From: Geopsychrobacteraceae bacterium
GTDB taxonomy: Bacteria > Desulfobacterota > Desulfuromonadia > Desulfuromonadales > Geopsychrobacteraceae
Length of the DNA stretch: 64,000 bases
Direction: 5' to 3'
Assembly (NCBI GenBank): GCA_963662315.1
Contig: OY759353.1
Span: 4,000,001-4,064,000 of the forward strand
Of the stretch, positions 1 to 8,903 are shown piece after piece (position 1 is the stretch's first letter; each line of letters starts with the position of its first letter). The notes under the pieces were generated by a model, which saw only the letters and a program-made list of their open reading frames with translations, made no database searches and had not been told where the DNA came from. Both the position numbers and the translations under genes were made by a program.

Positions 1-602
1 GAGGTCAGATCCTTTAACGCCGGGGCAATGGGGAAATCGACCCGACCATAACCGGTGGCTTTAATCATAACCCCTTTTTCTGCAAGTTTGAGCAGATCTG
101 GGAAGCCTTCTGCAGATAAGCCGAAGTGGGCAATGGAGACACTTGGCAGTTTAAGCAGGCGTTCTTTCAATGAAGCGAGTTCCTTTGAGTCGATGTAGAG
201 CTCGATATGCCATCCGGCCAGGTCGTAGATCCGTTTGGCAAAGTTTTCCAGGTCATCCAAGCTCTCAGCAACACCGCGTTTCAGGTTGAAGCGTGTTCCG
301 CAAATCCCGGCAGCATTGAGGGCGAGAATTTCCTCATCGGAAGTATGGTGATCCAGTTGAGTGACGCCAACATAGGTCGGTCCCATTTTCTGCAACGCGG
401 CAATGAGATAGCTTTGATCGAGCCCTTGAAACGAACCGGAAACAACGGCACCGCCAGCCAGCCGATAGTCTTTCAGACGTTCCTGGTAGGCTGCTATGGG
501 GAAAAAGTCAGGAACGAAGCCCTGATTTTCAAAAAGGGGAAAATCCGGATCGATAATATGAAAGTGACTGTCAAAAAATTTAAAATCGTTCAGTTTAGTC
601 AT
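1..602 (-). CDS. Amidohydrolase_2 family protein (LigI/lactonase-like), 3' end runs off the window
   Basis: Absent from the ORF track; manual translation from ATG 602 gives MTKLNDFKFFDSHFHIIDP...GGAVVSGSFQGLDQSYL...GTRFNLKRG...GWHIELY...SIAHFG...KATGYGR, with the DxHxH motif and no stop before the window edge. Confidence 0.8.
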   Translation of the reverse strand, partial: MTKLNDFKFFDSHFHIIDPDFPLFENQGFVPDFFPIAAYQERLKDYRLAGGAVVSGSFQGLDQSYLIAALQKMGPTYVGVTQLDHHTSDEEILALNAAGICGTRFNLKRGVAESLDDLENFAKRIYDLAGWHIELYIDSKELASLKERLLKLPSVSIAHFGLSAEGFPDLLKLAEKGVMIKATGYGRVDFPIAPALKDLT

Positions 603-615
603 ATGCTTTTTTCTC

Positions 616-1350
616 TTAACGAATAACGATGTGGTAGCGGAAGCTGTCCCCTCGACCGAAACTGCGCCGCCATTCAACCGGGATATCTTCATAGGTGTAG
701 GCGGTTCGTTCGACGCACATAACCGGTGCATTGGGTGCGATATTCAGATGCTGGGCAATTTCAGCGTTGGCTACAGCGGGTTGTAAGTATTCATCGGCCC
801 AGAAAATGGGAGTTGAGAAATCCTGATTATAGATCGGGTAAAGCAACGCCTTATTCAGATCCATTTTTTCCAGACCGGTAAAGCGCTCATAAGGAAGGAA
901 TATCTCTTCGAGGGAAAATGGGACCTTCCTCAGGCTTCTTATCCTTTTCATCATGATGATGTCGGTGCCAGGCTTTAACTGCAAATGTTGGGAAATCAGA
1001 CTGTCTGCAGGAATGATGTCAAGCGATAGAAAAGTGCTTTCTGGAATTTCGTCATCCTCTTTATCGGTCATGCCATAACGGAAAAAGCGACTGAAGCTTT
1101 TTGAAAAGTCAGGGCTTGCGACAAATGTGCCGCGACCCTGGCGGCGATACAGGACGCCGTCCTGTACCAGGACCCCCAGGGCTTTCTTTACGGTGCCAAC
1201 GGAAACGTTAAATTCTTTGGCCAGTTCGTTTTCAGAAGAAATCATCATGCCCAGGGTCCACTGGTTGCTGCTGATTTTATGCTTAATGGCCTCAACGACC
1301 TGGGCATAGAGTGGTTTAGCATTACTGAAATCTATACGTCGGACAGTCAT
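616..1350 (-). CDS. GntR family transcriptional regulator, HutC/UTRA subfamily
   Basis: N-terminal wHTH (PLYAQV...SENELAKEFNVSVGTVKKAL...RRQGRGTFV) and a UTRA-like C-terminal domain. Confidence 0.9.
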   Translation of the reverse strand: MTVRRIDFSNAKPLYAQVVEAIKHKISSNQWTLGMMISSENELAKEFNVSVGTVKKALGVLVQDGVLYRRQGRGTFVASPDFSKSFSRFFRYGMTDKEDDEIPESTFLSLDIIPADSLISQHLQLKPGTDIIMMKRIRSLRKVPFSLEEIFLPYERFTGLEKMDLNKALLYPIYNQDFSTPIFWADEYLQPAVANAEIAQHLNIAPNAPVMCVERTAYTYEDIPVEWRRSFGRGDSFRYHIVIR

Positions 1351-1478
1351 TCGATGTCTCCATGAGGTCGCTATTTTTTAGCCGAAAACGGATCTTTTCC
1401 ATTGTGGCGGTTCCAAATGCCAACTAGCGAGTAGATTAAAACTTGTCATGTGTGCTCGGCTGTAACCGGAGGTTCCGG

Positions 1479-2981
1479 TTAACTCTCAGCCAAAGCTTTT
1501 TTACCTTTGCCAACCATTCGTTTGAGCACCACAGGAAGCAGCAGCACGACAATAGTTGCTATCAGGATCACCAAAGCTATGGGGCGCTGAAAACTTTCGA
1601 CCCCACCAATTTCCAGCGACCAGTAAAGATTGCGTTCGGCCAGCGGGCCAAGCAGCATTGCCAACAGGAATGCGGGTACCGAATAACCGTAACGGTTGAG
1701 TAATGCACCAAGTACGCCGAAAATGATGACCAGGTACAGATCAAAGATCATTTGGCGCCAGGCAAAGGCACCAATCAGACAAAACATGGCGATGATCGGA
1801 ACCAGAAAGCGATTAGGAATTGCGGTGACATTGGTGGCCAACCGTGCGACCAGGACCCCGATGGGCAAGAGCAGAATGTTGGCGATTACCAGTGAGAACA
1901 GAATCGCGTAGGCTTCAGTGGCGTGTTCACTGAAGAAGCTTGGCCCCGGGGTGACACCATTGATCATCAATGCGGCCATGATGATCAGCGTTGTTCCGGA
2001 GCCTGGAATTCCCAACGTTACGGTCGGGATAAGAGCGCCGCCCGGGACACCATTATTACAAGCATCAGCAGCAACCAGTCCTTCATCGTGTCCGGTGCCA
2101 AATTTTTCAGGAGTTTTACTCCACTGCTTTGCTTGGCCATAGCTGACCCAGGTGGCGATCGCTGCACCTGTTCCGGGAATGAGACCGACCAGAATACCGA
2201 TTAATCCGGATCTGATCATGTTCACTTTTTGTTTTAAAGCGCCTTTAAGACCGTCAAATATGGGGCCAAAACCGCTTTTGTGTTTGACTCCTTCAGCGAC
2301 CAGGCTGGTTTCCATGATCAGACTGAACAATTCGCTGAACCCAAAAACTCCCAGCAGAACAGGGATCAGCGGAAAGCCTTCATACAGTTCGAAAAAGCCA
2401 AAGGCTGCACGGGTGTAACCGACCTGAAATTCAGTACCGACACAAGCGACCAGGAGTCCAAACGCGGAAGAAAAAAGACCCTTGAGCAAGGAGCTGCCGG
2501 TCAAGGATCCAACGGCGGTCATACCGAACACGGCCATCATGAATAACTCGGCCGGGCCGAAGTTAAGAGCGTAGACCCCGACAACCGGAGTCAATACCAG
2601 GGCAACCAGGGCCGAAAGAACACCACCCACGGTAGACGCCCCAACCGAGAGACCAAGAGCATAGCCAGCTTCGCCGCGGCGGGTCATCTTAAACCCTTCG
2701 AGGCAGGTTGGCGCGTTAGATGGAGTGCCGGGAATATTTAAAAGAATGGCGGGAATGGAGCCCGCAGCCTGAGAAGCACAGAAACACGCCATCATGAACA
2801 CGACGGCATTCATCGGTCCCATATAGACGGTAACTGGTAGCATCATGGCCAGAAAGTTGGTGTCGTTGAAGCCGGGGATAGCACCAATGACAAGTCCGAC
2901 AAACATCCCCAGTGGCAGCCAGATGAGATGGCTGGGTTGAAGCAACAGGCCAATGCCTGAGAAAATCATGTCCATATCCAT
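1479..2981 (-). CDS. tctA: Tripartite tricarboxylate transporter permease TctA
   Basis: 500 aa hydrophobic protein with AILLNIPGTPS, FGPAELF, GLIPGTGA, PEKFGTG and TLGIPGS motifs. Confidence 0.92.
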   Translation of the reverse strand: MDMDMIFSGIGLLLQPSHLIWLPLGMFVGLVIGAIPGFNDTNFLAMMLPVTVYMGPMNAVVFMMACFCASQAAGSIPAILLNIPGTPSNAPTCLEGFKMTRRGEAGYALGLSVGASTVGGVLSALVALVLTPVVGVYALNFGPAELFMMAVFGMTAVGSLTGSSLLKGLFSSAFGLLVACVGTEFQVGYTRAAFGFFELYEGFPLIPVLLGVFGFSELFSLIMETSLVAEGVKHKSGFGPIFDGLKGALKQKVNMIRSGLIGILVGLIPGTGAAIATWVSYGQAKQWSKTPEKFGTGHDEGLVAADACNNGVPGGALIPTVTLGIPGSGTTLIIMAALMINGVTPGPSFFSEHATEAYAILFSLVIANILLLPIGVLVARLATNVTAIPNRFLVPIIAMFCLIGAFAWRQMIFDLYLVIIFGVLGALLNRYGYSVPAFLLAMLLGPLAERNLYWSLEIGGVESFQRPIALVILIATIVVLLLPVVLKRMVGKGKKALAES

Positions 2982-2990
2982 AGTTTTATC

Positions 2991-3455
2991 CTAAAGAACA
3001 AAAAATCCGAGATTAAGCCGTGGCAAATCCATGTCCATGAGGCTGACCATAACAAAGTAAAGGCCACCGGCAAGGATCAGGGAGATCAAAATGTTTTTTC
3101 CCCACGCTTTACTACCCAGAATGCGAAACATCAGGTTAAGAAACAAGACACTGCTTAAGGCAAAACCGATGTAGGGCATCGCGATGGTATAGAGAAGCGG
3201 CCCGACCAGTATTAACAGTGATTTTTGGGGGATATAGAAGGAACTTTTGCCCGTGGTGTTTTCTGGAACTGTGAACAGGAATTTTGCAAGGATAGCAACC
3301 AGGAATAACAGGCTGACGATGGCGATAACCATTGGCCAACGCATGACTTCTGCGGGACCGTCACTGGTTTGCATGAAATAGGCGACAGCAAACACCAGGG
3401 CGATACCGGGGATAAGCGCTTCTTCAAGTTTAAGCTGTTTTTTCGTTGTACTCAT
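2991..3455 (-). CDS. tctB: Tripartite tricarboxylate transporter small subunit TctB
   Basis: 154 aa with about four TM helices and YIGF motif; lies between tctC and tctA. Confidence 0.8.
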   Translation of the reverse strand: MSTTKKQLKLEEALIPGIALVFAVAYFMQTSDGPAEVMRWPMVIAIVSLLFLVAILAKFLFTVPENTTGKSSFYIPQKSLLILVGPLLYTIAMPYIGFALSSVLFLNLMFRILGSKAWGKNILISLILAGGLYFVMVSLMDMDLPRLNLGFFVL

Positions 3456-3470
3456 ATGTCGGACTCCAGA

Positions 3471-3506
3471 ACCCTGCTTCGGGACATTCGCATCCTGAAG
3501 CAGGGG
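3471..3506. other. Intergenic stem-loop between tctC and tctB (mRNA stabiliser or partial terminator)
   Basis: CCCTGCTTCGGGA...TCCTGAAGCAGGG inverted repeat just downstream of tctC. Confidence 0.5.
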
Positions 3507-3514
3507 GTTGCTCG

Positions 3515-4477
3515 TTATTGGATGAGGTGCTTGTATTTGTTCCAGACGCTCTGGAAGTCTGCAACATAGGCGTCACATTCTTCCGGTGACCAATAGTCGA
3601 TGAAAGGAGTCATTCCTTGCGTTTTGGCAATTTCAGCAGTTTTCGGGTTGGTGATTGCTTCTTTAAACGTTGCAACCAGTTTTTTGTAGTCTTCAGGATT
3701 TTCTTTTATCGTAGACCGTTTAACCATGAAGGCGAATGGTTCAACCAGATTTGGGAACTCCTTGCCGGTTGCTTCCGTCAAGGTTGGGATATCCCATACT
3801 CCGGAATAAACTTTTTTCTTGGTGAATGATGCGAGAGCCTTGATGAATTCTTTTTTTGATGATGCTGAGAAATACGGTCCGATGCAGGCATCCACCTGTT
3901 TGCCGGCCAGAGCATTACGTGCGGCAGAACCACCGTTTAAGGCAACTACTTTGGCATTGATCCCGGTCAATTCGATCAGTATTTTAGCTGCAAGAGTTGA
4001 TACGGCTTTAGGGTGAGAGGTGGAGATAGTCAGTGGTTTTTCAGCTTTTTTACCTGCGGCGATGAAATCCTCAATGGTTTTGTAAGGGGAATCAACATTG
4101 ACCAGTAGAACGTTAGGGTCTGTAATTAGGTTGCCAATGAAACCAATATCGTCCCAGGTCTGTTTTGCTGTACCGGTATTGATGTTCATGGCATGCATAG
4201 AGATGGTGGTCATAATGGTTGTATAACCATCGCCTGGTTTGCTCATCAGCTTGCCAAAACCAATATTGCCGGATGCTCCTGGCAGGTATTCAAATTTAAT
4301 TGGCTGGCCAAGAATTTGTTCCCAACCGGTTGCTAAGGCGCGGGAGGAAAGGTCAAAACCCCCACCGGCTTTTGCGGGAATGATGTGCGTCAGTGGTTTG
4401 GAGGGAAAATCCGCCGCACCACATACGCTGGTAATGAGAAATACTGACAGGGTTAACAATAATAGGACTCTCTTCAT
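3515..4477 (-). CDS. tctC: Tripartite tricarboxylate transporter substrate-binding protein TctC (Bug family)
   Basis: Signal peptide then FPSKPL..IIPAKAGGGFD..R, PGASG, PGDGYT; ATG 4477 follows a GGAGG RBS. Confidence 0.9.
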   Translation of the reverse strand: MKRVLLLLTLSVFLITSVCGAADFPSKPLTHIIPAKAGGGFDLSSRALATGWEQILGQPIKFEYLPGASGNIGFGKLMSKPGDGYTTIMTTISMHAMNINTGTAKQTWDDIGFIGNLITDPNVLLVNVDSPYKTIEDFIAAGKKAEKPLTISTSHPKAVSTLAAKILIELTGINAKVVALNGGSAARNALAGKQVDACIGPYFSASSKKEFIKALASFTKKKVYSGVWDIPTLTEATGKEFPNLVEPFAFMVKRSTIKENPEDYKKLVATFKEAITNPKTAEIAKTQGMTPFIDYWSPEECDAYVADFQSVWNKYKHLIQ

Positions 4478-4607
4478 GTTACCGCCTCCACTTTTCACGT
4501 GTTAAAGGGTGTTGTGGTTAAATCCCGCTACCGTTTTCAAGACCAGTGGCGGGAGAATATAAAGCGCTAAACGTAAGCGTTGCTTATGATTATAAGAGCG
4601 TTCAAAT

Positions 4608-4661
4608 TTACTTATATAACTTGTATATATAAGTAATATTTTTAAAACAGCTTTTTGTCAA
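4608..4661 (-). promoter_or_regulatory. Putative sigma-70 promoter of the tct operon overlapped by an inverted-repeat operator
   Basis: Minus strand TTGACA (4661-4656), 17 bp, TATTAC; perfect 11-bp IR TTACTTATATA-N7-TATATAAGTAA (4608-4636) containing HutC-like TTGTATATA. Confidence 0.6.
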
Positions 4662-4920
4662 TAGAAATTTTGGCATCGCAGCTTAGGCTTGGTTTGTTAT
4701 TAAGTTTTCAGGACCTTTTTCGAAGTTTTGTTTGGATGCAGCATTGCTGCCTCACGCTGTTTATCGGGGGGTGGCTCACGTACTTGGCCTGCAGGCTAGT
4801 GATTGTTTAAAAAATAACAATAATAAATCTTTAAACATATTGAACAGTATGAATAGATGAACCTTAATCATTTATAAATTGTGGTTTTGCGCTTTCTAAG
4901 CTCTTATCGGCGTCGCCAAA

Positions 4921-4957
4921 AAAAAGCAGACGAGATGGATATGTCCCGTCTGCTTTC
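4921..4957 (-). terminator. Intrinsic terminator after the cupin gene
   Basis: AAAGCAGACG...CGTCTGCTTT hairpin followed by a U-tract on the minus strand. Confidence 0.65.
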
Positions 4958-4980
4958 CATGTTAAGAAGTGACCTGAGGG

Positions 4981-5352
4981 TTACTCTTCAAAACGGATAT
5001 TGGTTTCTCCAACCCAGCCGGGCAAGTGGTCTTTGCGACCCGGCGCAAAAATTTCATAGTATTCGGCGCCTTCTTCACCAACGGCAATAACACCATGAAG
5101 TGACCCTGGTGGGAAGAAGACCATGTCTCCGGCTTCACAAATGCGTTCCTGTCCTTCGGTTGTGACCGTAATTGAGCCTTGGATGACAATGATGAACTGC
5201 TCGTTTTCATGCCAGTGCGTTTGGTGCATTATTTCAGAACCTGCTGCGGTTTTAACACGCACAGCTGACATTTTTTCACCACAAATGGCTTTACGGGAGC
5301 AGCCTTCTCTCAGGCCCAGGGCGTCAGGTAATTTACTCCAGTCGATTTTCAT
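4981..5352 (-). CDS. Cupin domain protein
   Basis: HWHENEQ...G and GDMVFFPPGSLHGV cupin motifs; C-terminal EIFAPGRKD. Confidence 0.85.
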   Translation of the reverse strand: MKIDWSKLPDALGLREGCSRKAICGEKMSAVRVKTAAGSEIMHQTHWHENEQFIIVIQGSITVTTEGQERICEAGDMVFFPPGSLHGVIAVGEEGAEYYEIFAPGRKDHLPGWVGETNIRFEE

Positions 5353-5540
5353 GTTTGGTCCTCTCTCCAGAGTGTGGGGGAAATAAAGGGGTTCTAAAGA
5401 TGTTGATTGGTGGTACGAACGTACTCATATGAAATAACATCTATGATTGTTTTTACCATGAAACTTCCATCAATTGCCAGTGCTTAGGAAAAATAAAATA
5501 GGGTGTCAGGCGCGTACTCAGAGGCCTGGGCAGGTCTCTG

Positions 5541-6368
5541 TTACCGGGAAGGTCTTTTCTGCAGAATCAAGATGATTTTTCTATTGTTGAACAGCGTACG
5601 GGTATAACTATGGAGGGTGGAGATAACGTCTAACTCAAGGCGGGCGGCAAGGTTTATTAGTTGCGTGGTTGTGAAAATCTGCTTATGTCCAAAAGGGATG
5701 GCGGCATAAAAATGTTCGAGGAACAGGGGGCAGCGGCCTTTACTGAGGCTGTAACAGGTTTCGCTGATACGATAAGGGAATACCTGACGATTGGGGGTAT
5801 CGAGGGCAATGATTCCCCCAGGCTTAAGGAGTCTGGTGGCATAGTATAGGGTTTTCAGGGGATCGTTTACATGTTCAATAACGTCCCATAAGGTGATGGC
5901 ATTAAAGTGTTCGAGATATGCCGATTGCCACAATGGATTATCGATGTGCTGGCTGAACAGTTTGAGGCCAAAGTTCTCTAGTGCATACTGGCGACGTAGA
6001 GATGAGGGTTCTATGCCATACGTTTTGCAACTGGTCTGACGCTCAACTAACTGTTGGAATTGGCCAATTCCGGCTCCAAGGTCAAGGAGTTGTGCCTGGT
6101 TCAGGGAGATGTGCTTTACCAGGAGTGCCAAACGAGCGCTATGAAGGGCGCTGCCTTCAGCCTGGCGCTGATCAATATATTGACGTGCTACGGTGCTAAG
6201 GCTATGCTCTGACTCCTGCTCTGGCGGGTCAGGATCAAGGTAATCAATAAAGTGCAGGTCGCAACGAGGGCAGCAGTAGAGTGTCGTCTGGTGCAGACGA
6301 TAGACAGCTGTGGCGTTTTGATCGGAGCAGAGCTTGCATGGTCGTTCAGCGTAAGGTAGTACGGTCAT
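5541..6368 (-). CDS. Class I SAM-dependent methyltransferase with N-terminal Cys-rich (CxxC...CxxC) region
   Basis: LLDLGAGIG motif I, ITLWDVIEHV, LLKPGG. Confidence 0.85.
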   Translation of the reverse strand: MTVLPYAERPCKLCSDQNATAVYRLHQTTLYCCPRCDLHFIDYLDPDPPEQESEHSLSTVARQYIDQRQAEGSALHSARLALLVKHISLNQAQLLDLGAGIGQFQQLVERQTSCKTYGIEPSSLRRQYALENFGLKLFSQHIDNPLWQSAYLEHFNAITLWDVIEHVNDPLKTLYYATRLLKPGGIIALDTPNRQVFPYRISETCYSLSKGRCPLFLEHFYAAIPFGHKQIFTTTQLINLAARLELDVISTLHSYTRTLFNNRKIILILQKRPSR

Positions 6369-6448
6369 GGAGACTCATTTCCTCTTGAGATATTTCAAAA
6401 TAACGTCTTTCTTTCTCTTTTGCAATGACTGAGCTGGAGGCTGAGATT

Positions 6449-7075
6449 GTGATATTGGGGTTGACCGGACATATCGCCAGCGGCAAGAGTACCGTTTCAA
6501 GGTTTTTAGCCAGCCAGGGCGCCATCGTTATTGATGCTGACCGGCTGGCACGTGAGGTGGTTAGGCCGGGTAGCCCACTATTGTCTGTTCTGGTGGAACG
6601 CTTTGGGGCAAAAATATTGACCGCCGAAGGTTGTCTTGACCGTGCCGCCCTGGGGGATATCGTCTTTTCTGATGCCGCTGCCTTGCAGGCTCTTAATGGA
6701 ATTATGCATCCGACGATCAGGTTGCTGGCTAAGCAGAAACTTGAAGAGGCCCGGCGGATGTCAGGCGTGCCATTGATCGTTTATGATGCGGCACTGCTAT
6801 TTGAGGTTGAAGCGGACGCTTTGGTTGATAAAGTGCTGCTGGTTGTGGTTGATCGAGACGTTCAGGTCCAGCGGCTGATGGCACGTAATGAGTTCGGTAG
6901 AATTGAGGCGTTGCAACGGATTAATGCCCAACAGGGGCTGGAAGAAAAGCTTAAAAAAGCAGATTATGTAATTGATAATTCCGGCACAGTGCAAGAACTT
7001 GAAGTTAAACTTCTCAATCTGTGGGCACAACTGGTTGACTCAACTCCTCAGATAAAAATTCCAGACAACGCCTAA
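6449..7075 (+). CDS. coaE: Dephospho-CoA kinase
   Basis: GLTGHIASGKST P-loop, IDAD, LDRAALG, HP; GTG 6449 follows GGAGG (alternative ATG 6425). Confidence 0.95.
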   Translation: MILGLTGHIASGKSTVSRFLASQGAIVIDADRLAREVVRPGSPLLSVLVERFGAKILTAEGCLDRAALGDIVFSDAAALQALNGIMHPTIRLLAKQKLEEARRMSGVPLIVYDAALLFEVEADALVDKVLLVVVDRDVQVQRLMARNEFGRIEALQRINAQQGLEEKLKKADYVIDNSGTVQELEVKLLNLWAQLVDSTPQIKIPDNA

Positions 7076-7829
7076 GGACGTCTTGTTGGCAGGGGTTGTT
7101 TTCTGTTGCTAAGCCGTGGGGGATGTCGTCACCATAGATATGGATCTGCTTCGTTTGACTTGCCAGGCCGGCATAGATTTCCTGAGCTGTTCCCGCAGCA
7201 ATTGTCGTGTCTCCTGTTGAGGCCAGGATAAGTGTGGGTGTGAAAATTTTTGAGAGTTCCTTTTTCAACTTCCATCGTAATCTATTAATCTGAACAACTC
7301 CTTTTAATGGACGTAGAGAGTAGTAAAAATCAAGCTCTTCTTTGGTTATGTTCTTTTTCTGATAATGAATAAAGCGGCTTAAAAAGGCGACATGCTCAGC
7401 CAGCCAATGACGTAATTTCAGGAACGGGGCGAGCAGGATAATCTTTTCGAGGTGGGTGTGACGGGCCAGGTCGAGGGTCAGTAGAGCGCCAGTGCTGATA
7501 CCGACAGCGCTGACTTTTAAGCCTTCTCTGGTCAGAGCGGAATAACCGGTGCGGATGGTTGCCTGCCAGTTTTCAACCAGCTGCTGAGCCAGATCGTCAG
7601 GGGTGGTGCCGTGGCCTGGCAGACGGGCACCATAAACAATAAACTGATGTTGATACAGAAGTTCTCCCAATGCTCGCATCTCACGCGGGGTGGAGCAGAA
7701 TCCGTGGACAAGAATGACGGCATGGCCATTGTGGTCGGGCGGGATAAGCAGAAACGGCATGTTTTCAAGGTGCGAGACGCCGCTTGCTTGTGCAAGCTCA
7801 GTTTCTTTAAGGAACCAGGAGGTATCCAT
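7014..7829 (-). CDS. Alpha/beta hydrolase (carboxylesterase/monoacylglycerol lipase-like)
   Basis: LVHGF, LPGHG, nucleophile motif GISTG, candidate Asp (GDTTI) and His (PHG); 3' end overlaps coaE by 62 nt. Confidence 0.85.
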   Translation of the reverse strand: MDTSWFLKETELAQASGVSHLENMPFLLIPPDHNGHAVILVHGFCSTPREMRALGELLYQHQFIVYGARLPGHGTTPDDLAQQLVENWQATIRTGYSALTREGLKVSAVGISTGALLTLDLARHTHLEKIILLAPFLKLRHWLAEHVAFLSRFIHYQKKNITKEELDFYYSLRPLKGVVQINRLRWKLKKELSKIFTPTLILASTGDTTIAAGTAQEIYAGLASQTKQIHIYGDDIPHGLATENNPCQQDVLRRCLEFLSEELSQPVVPTD

Positions 7830-7882
7830 TGTCAGAAGGTCCTTTTCAGCGACGGGAAGAAGAGTAGCTTTAACTAAGGGTA

Positions 7883-7922
7883 AACAAAAAAGGCCCCTGA
7901 AACAACAGGGGCCTTTTTTGTT
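7883..7922. terminator. Intrinsic terminator, potentially bidirectional, after the IclR gene
   Basis: AACAAAAAAGGCCCCTG-loop-CAGGGGCCTTTTTTGTT. Confidence 0.85.
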
Positions 7923-7941
7923 ATATTGTTAAATGGCCAGC

Positions 7942-8724
7942 TTAAGCCGGGTAGCCGAGACGGGTCGACAGTTCCGTCGCAGATTGCTTAACCAGTGGTA
8001 CCAGTTCTTTATTAATGCGTTCATCGCTAACACGCATGGTCGGTCCAGAAATGCTGATGGCCCCGACAATACGTCTTGTGTAATCACGAATCGGGGCAGA
8101 AATACAGCGCACGCCAAGATCGAGTTCTTCGTCATCCAGAGCGTAACCCTGTTCGCGTACTTTGGCCAGTTCTTCGCGCATCGCTTCCGCGCTGGCAATC
8201 GTGGTTGGAGTGATCTGCGCAAATTTGGCTTTGCCTAATAGCTCTTCAAGTTCTTCCTCGGTCATGAAGGCCATATGGACTTTGCCGGCAGCAGTGCAAA
8301 TTGCTGGTAAGCGAGAACCGACGCGAGAGACCACGCGCACCGTGAGGTTGGTTTCGACTACGTCAAGATAAACAATGTAGTTGTCTTTGTAGATGGCGAC
8401 GTAGGAGGTCTCATTGCTTTCTTCGACCATTTTTTCAAGAATCGGTTTGGCTTGACGCAACAGGCCCATTTGCTTGATAAAAGTCTGGCCGAGCTCAAGG
8501 GCTTTCAGGCCGAGACGGTAGTTTTCAGTTGCCTTGTTCTGCTCAATGTAGCCACGGGATTCCAATGTCGCGAGCAGCCTGAAGACGTTATTTTTGTGCA
8601 ACTTGAGGCGTTTACTGAGCTCAGTTACACCAAGTTCGTCAATATCCCCGTGGAATTGCTCCAGCAGGTCGAGTGCGTGTGACACTGCCTGAATGATGTA
8701 TTCTGATTTATCTTTTTTAACCAT
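7942..8724 (-). CDS. IclR family transcriptional regulator
   Basis: IQAVSHALDLLE...LGVTELSKRLKLHKNNVFRLLATL HTH and TAAGK, GYALDDEE..GVRCISAPI effector domain. Confidence 0.95.
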   Translation of the reverse strand: MVKKDKSEYIIQAVSHALDLLEQFHGDIDELGVTELSKRLKLHKNNVFRLLATLESRGYIEQNKATENYRLGLKALELGQTFIKQMGLLRQAKPILEKMVEESNETSYVAIYKDNYIVYLDVVETNLTVRVVSRVGSRLPAICTAAGKVHMAFMTEEELEELLGKAKFAQITPTTIASAEAMREELAKVREQGYALDDEELDLGVRCISAPIRDYTRRIVGAISISGPTMRVSDERINKELVPLVKQSATELSTRLGYPA

Positions 8725-8775
8725 TTCTTTTCGATACCCTTCTGGATTATTTATTACTCATTATATTGACCGCCG

Positions 8776-8804
8776 ATTCTAGCCTTGCCTGACGTTAGTG
8801 TCAA
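8776..8804 (-). promoter_or_regulatory. Sigma-70 promoter of the IclR gene
   Basis: Minus strand TTGACA (8804-8799), 17 bp, TAGAAT (8781-8776). Confidence 0.75.
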
Positions 8805-8903
8805 GCTCTATAGGCATGAATTCAGGCAAGAATATTCATTTTTTTAAGATTGTAGAATGATGTTCTAACTTTGACCGCAAAACATTTGCGCAAATTTGAT
8901 TAT

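Noticed and set aside
207..626. 139-aa plus-strand ORF
   Set aside because: Antisense shadow of the minus-strand amidohydrolase, which has clear family motifs.
7014..7075. 62-nt convergent overlap of coaE and the esterase as antisense regulation
   Set aside because: Both overlapping tails lie outside the conserved domains; simple stop-codon drift explains it.
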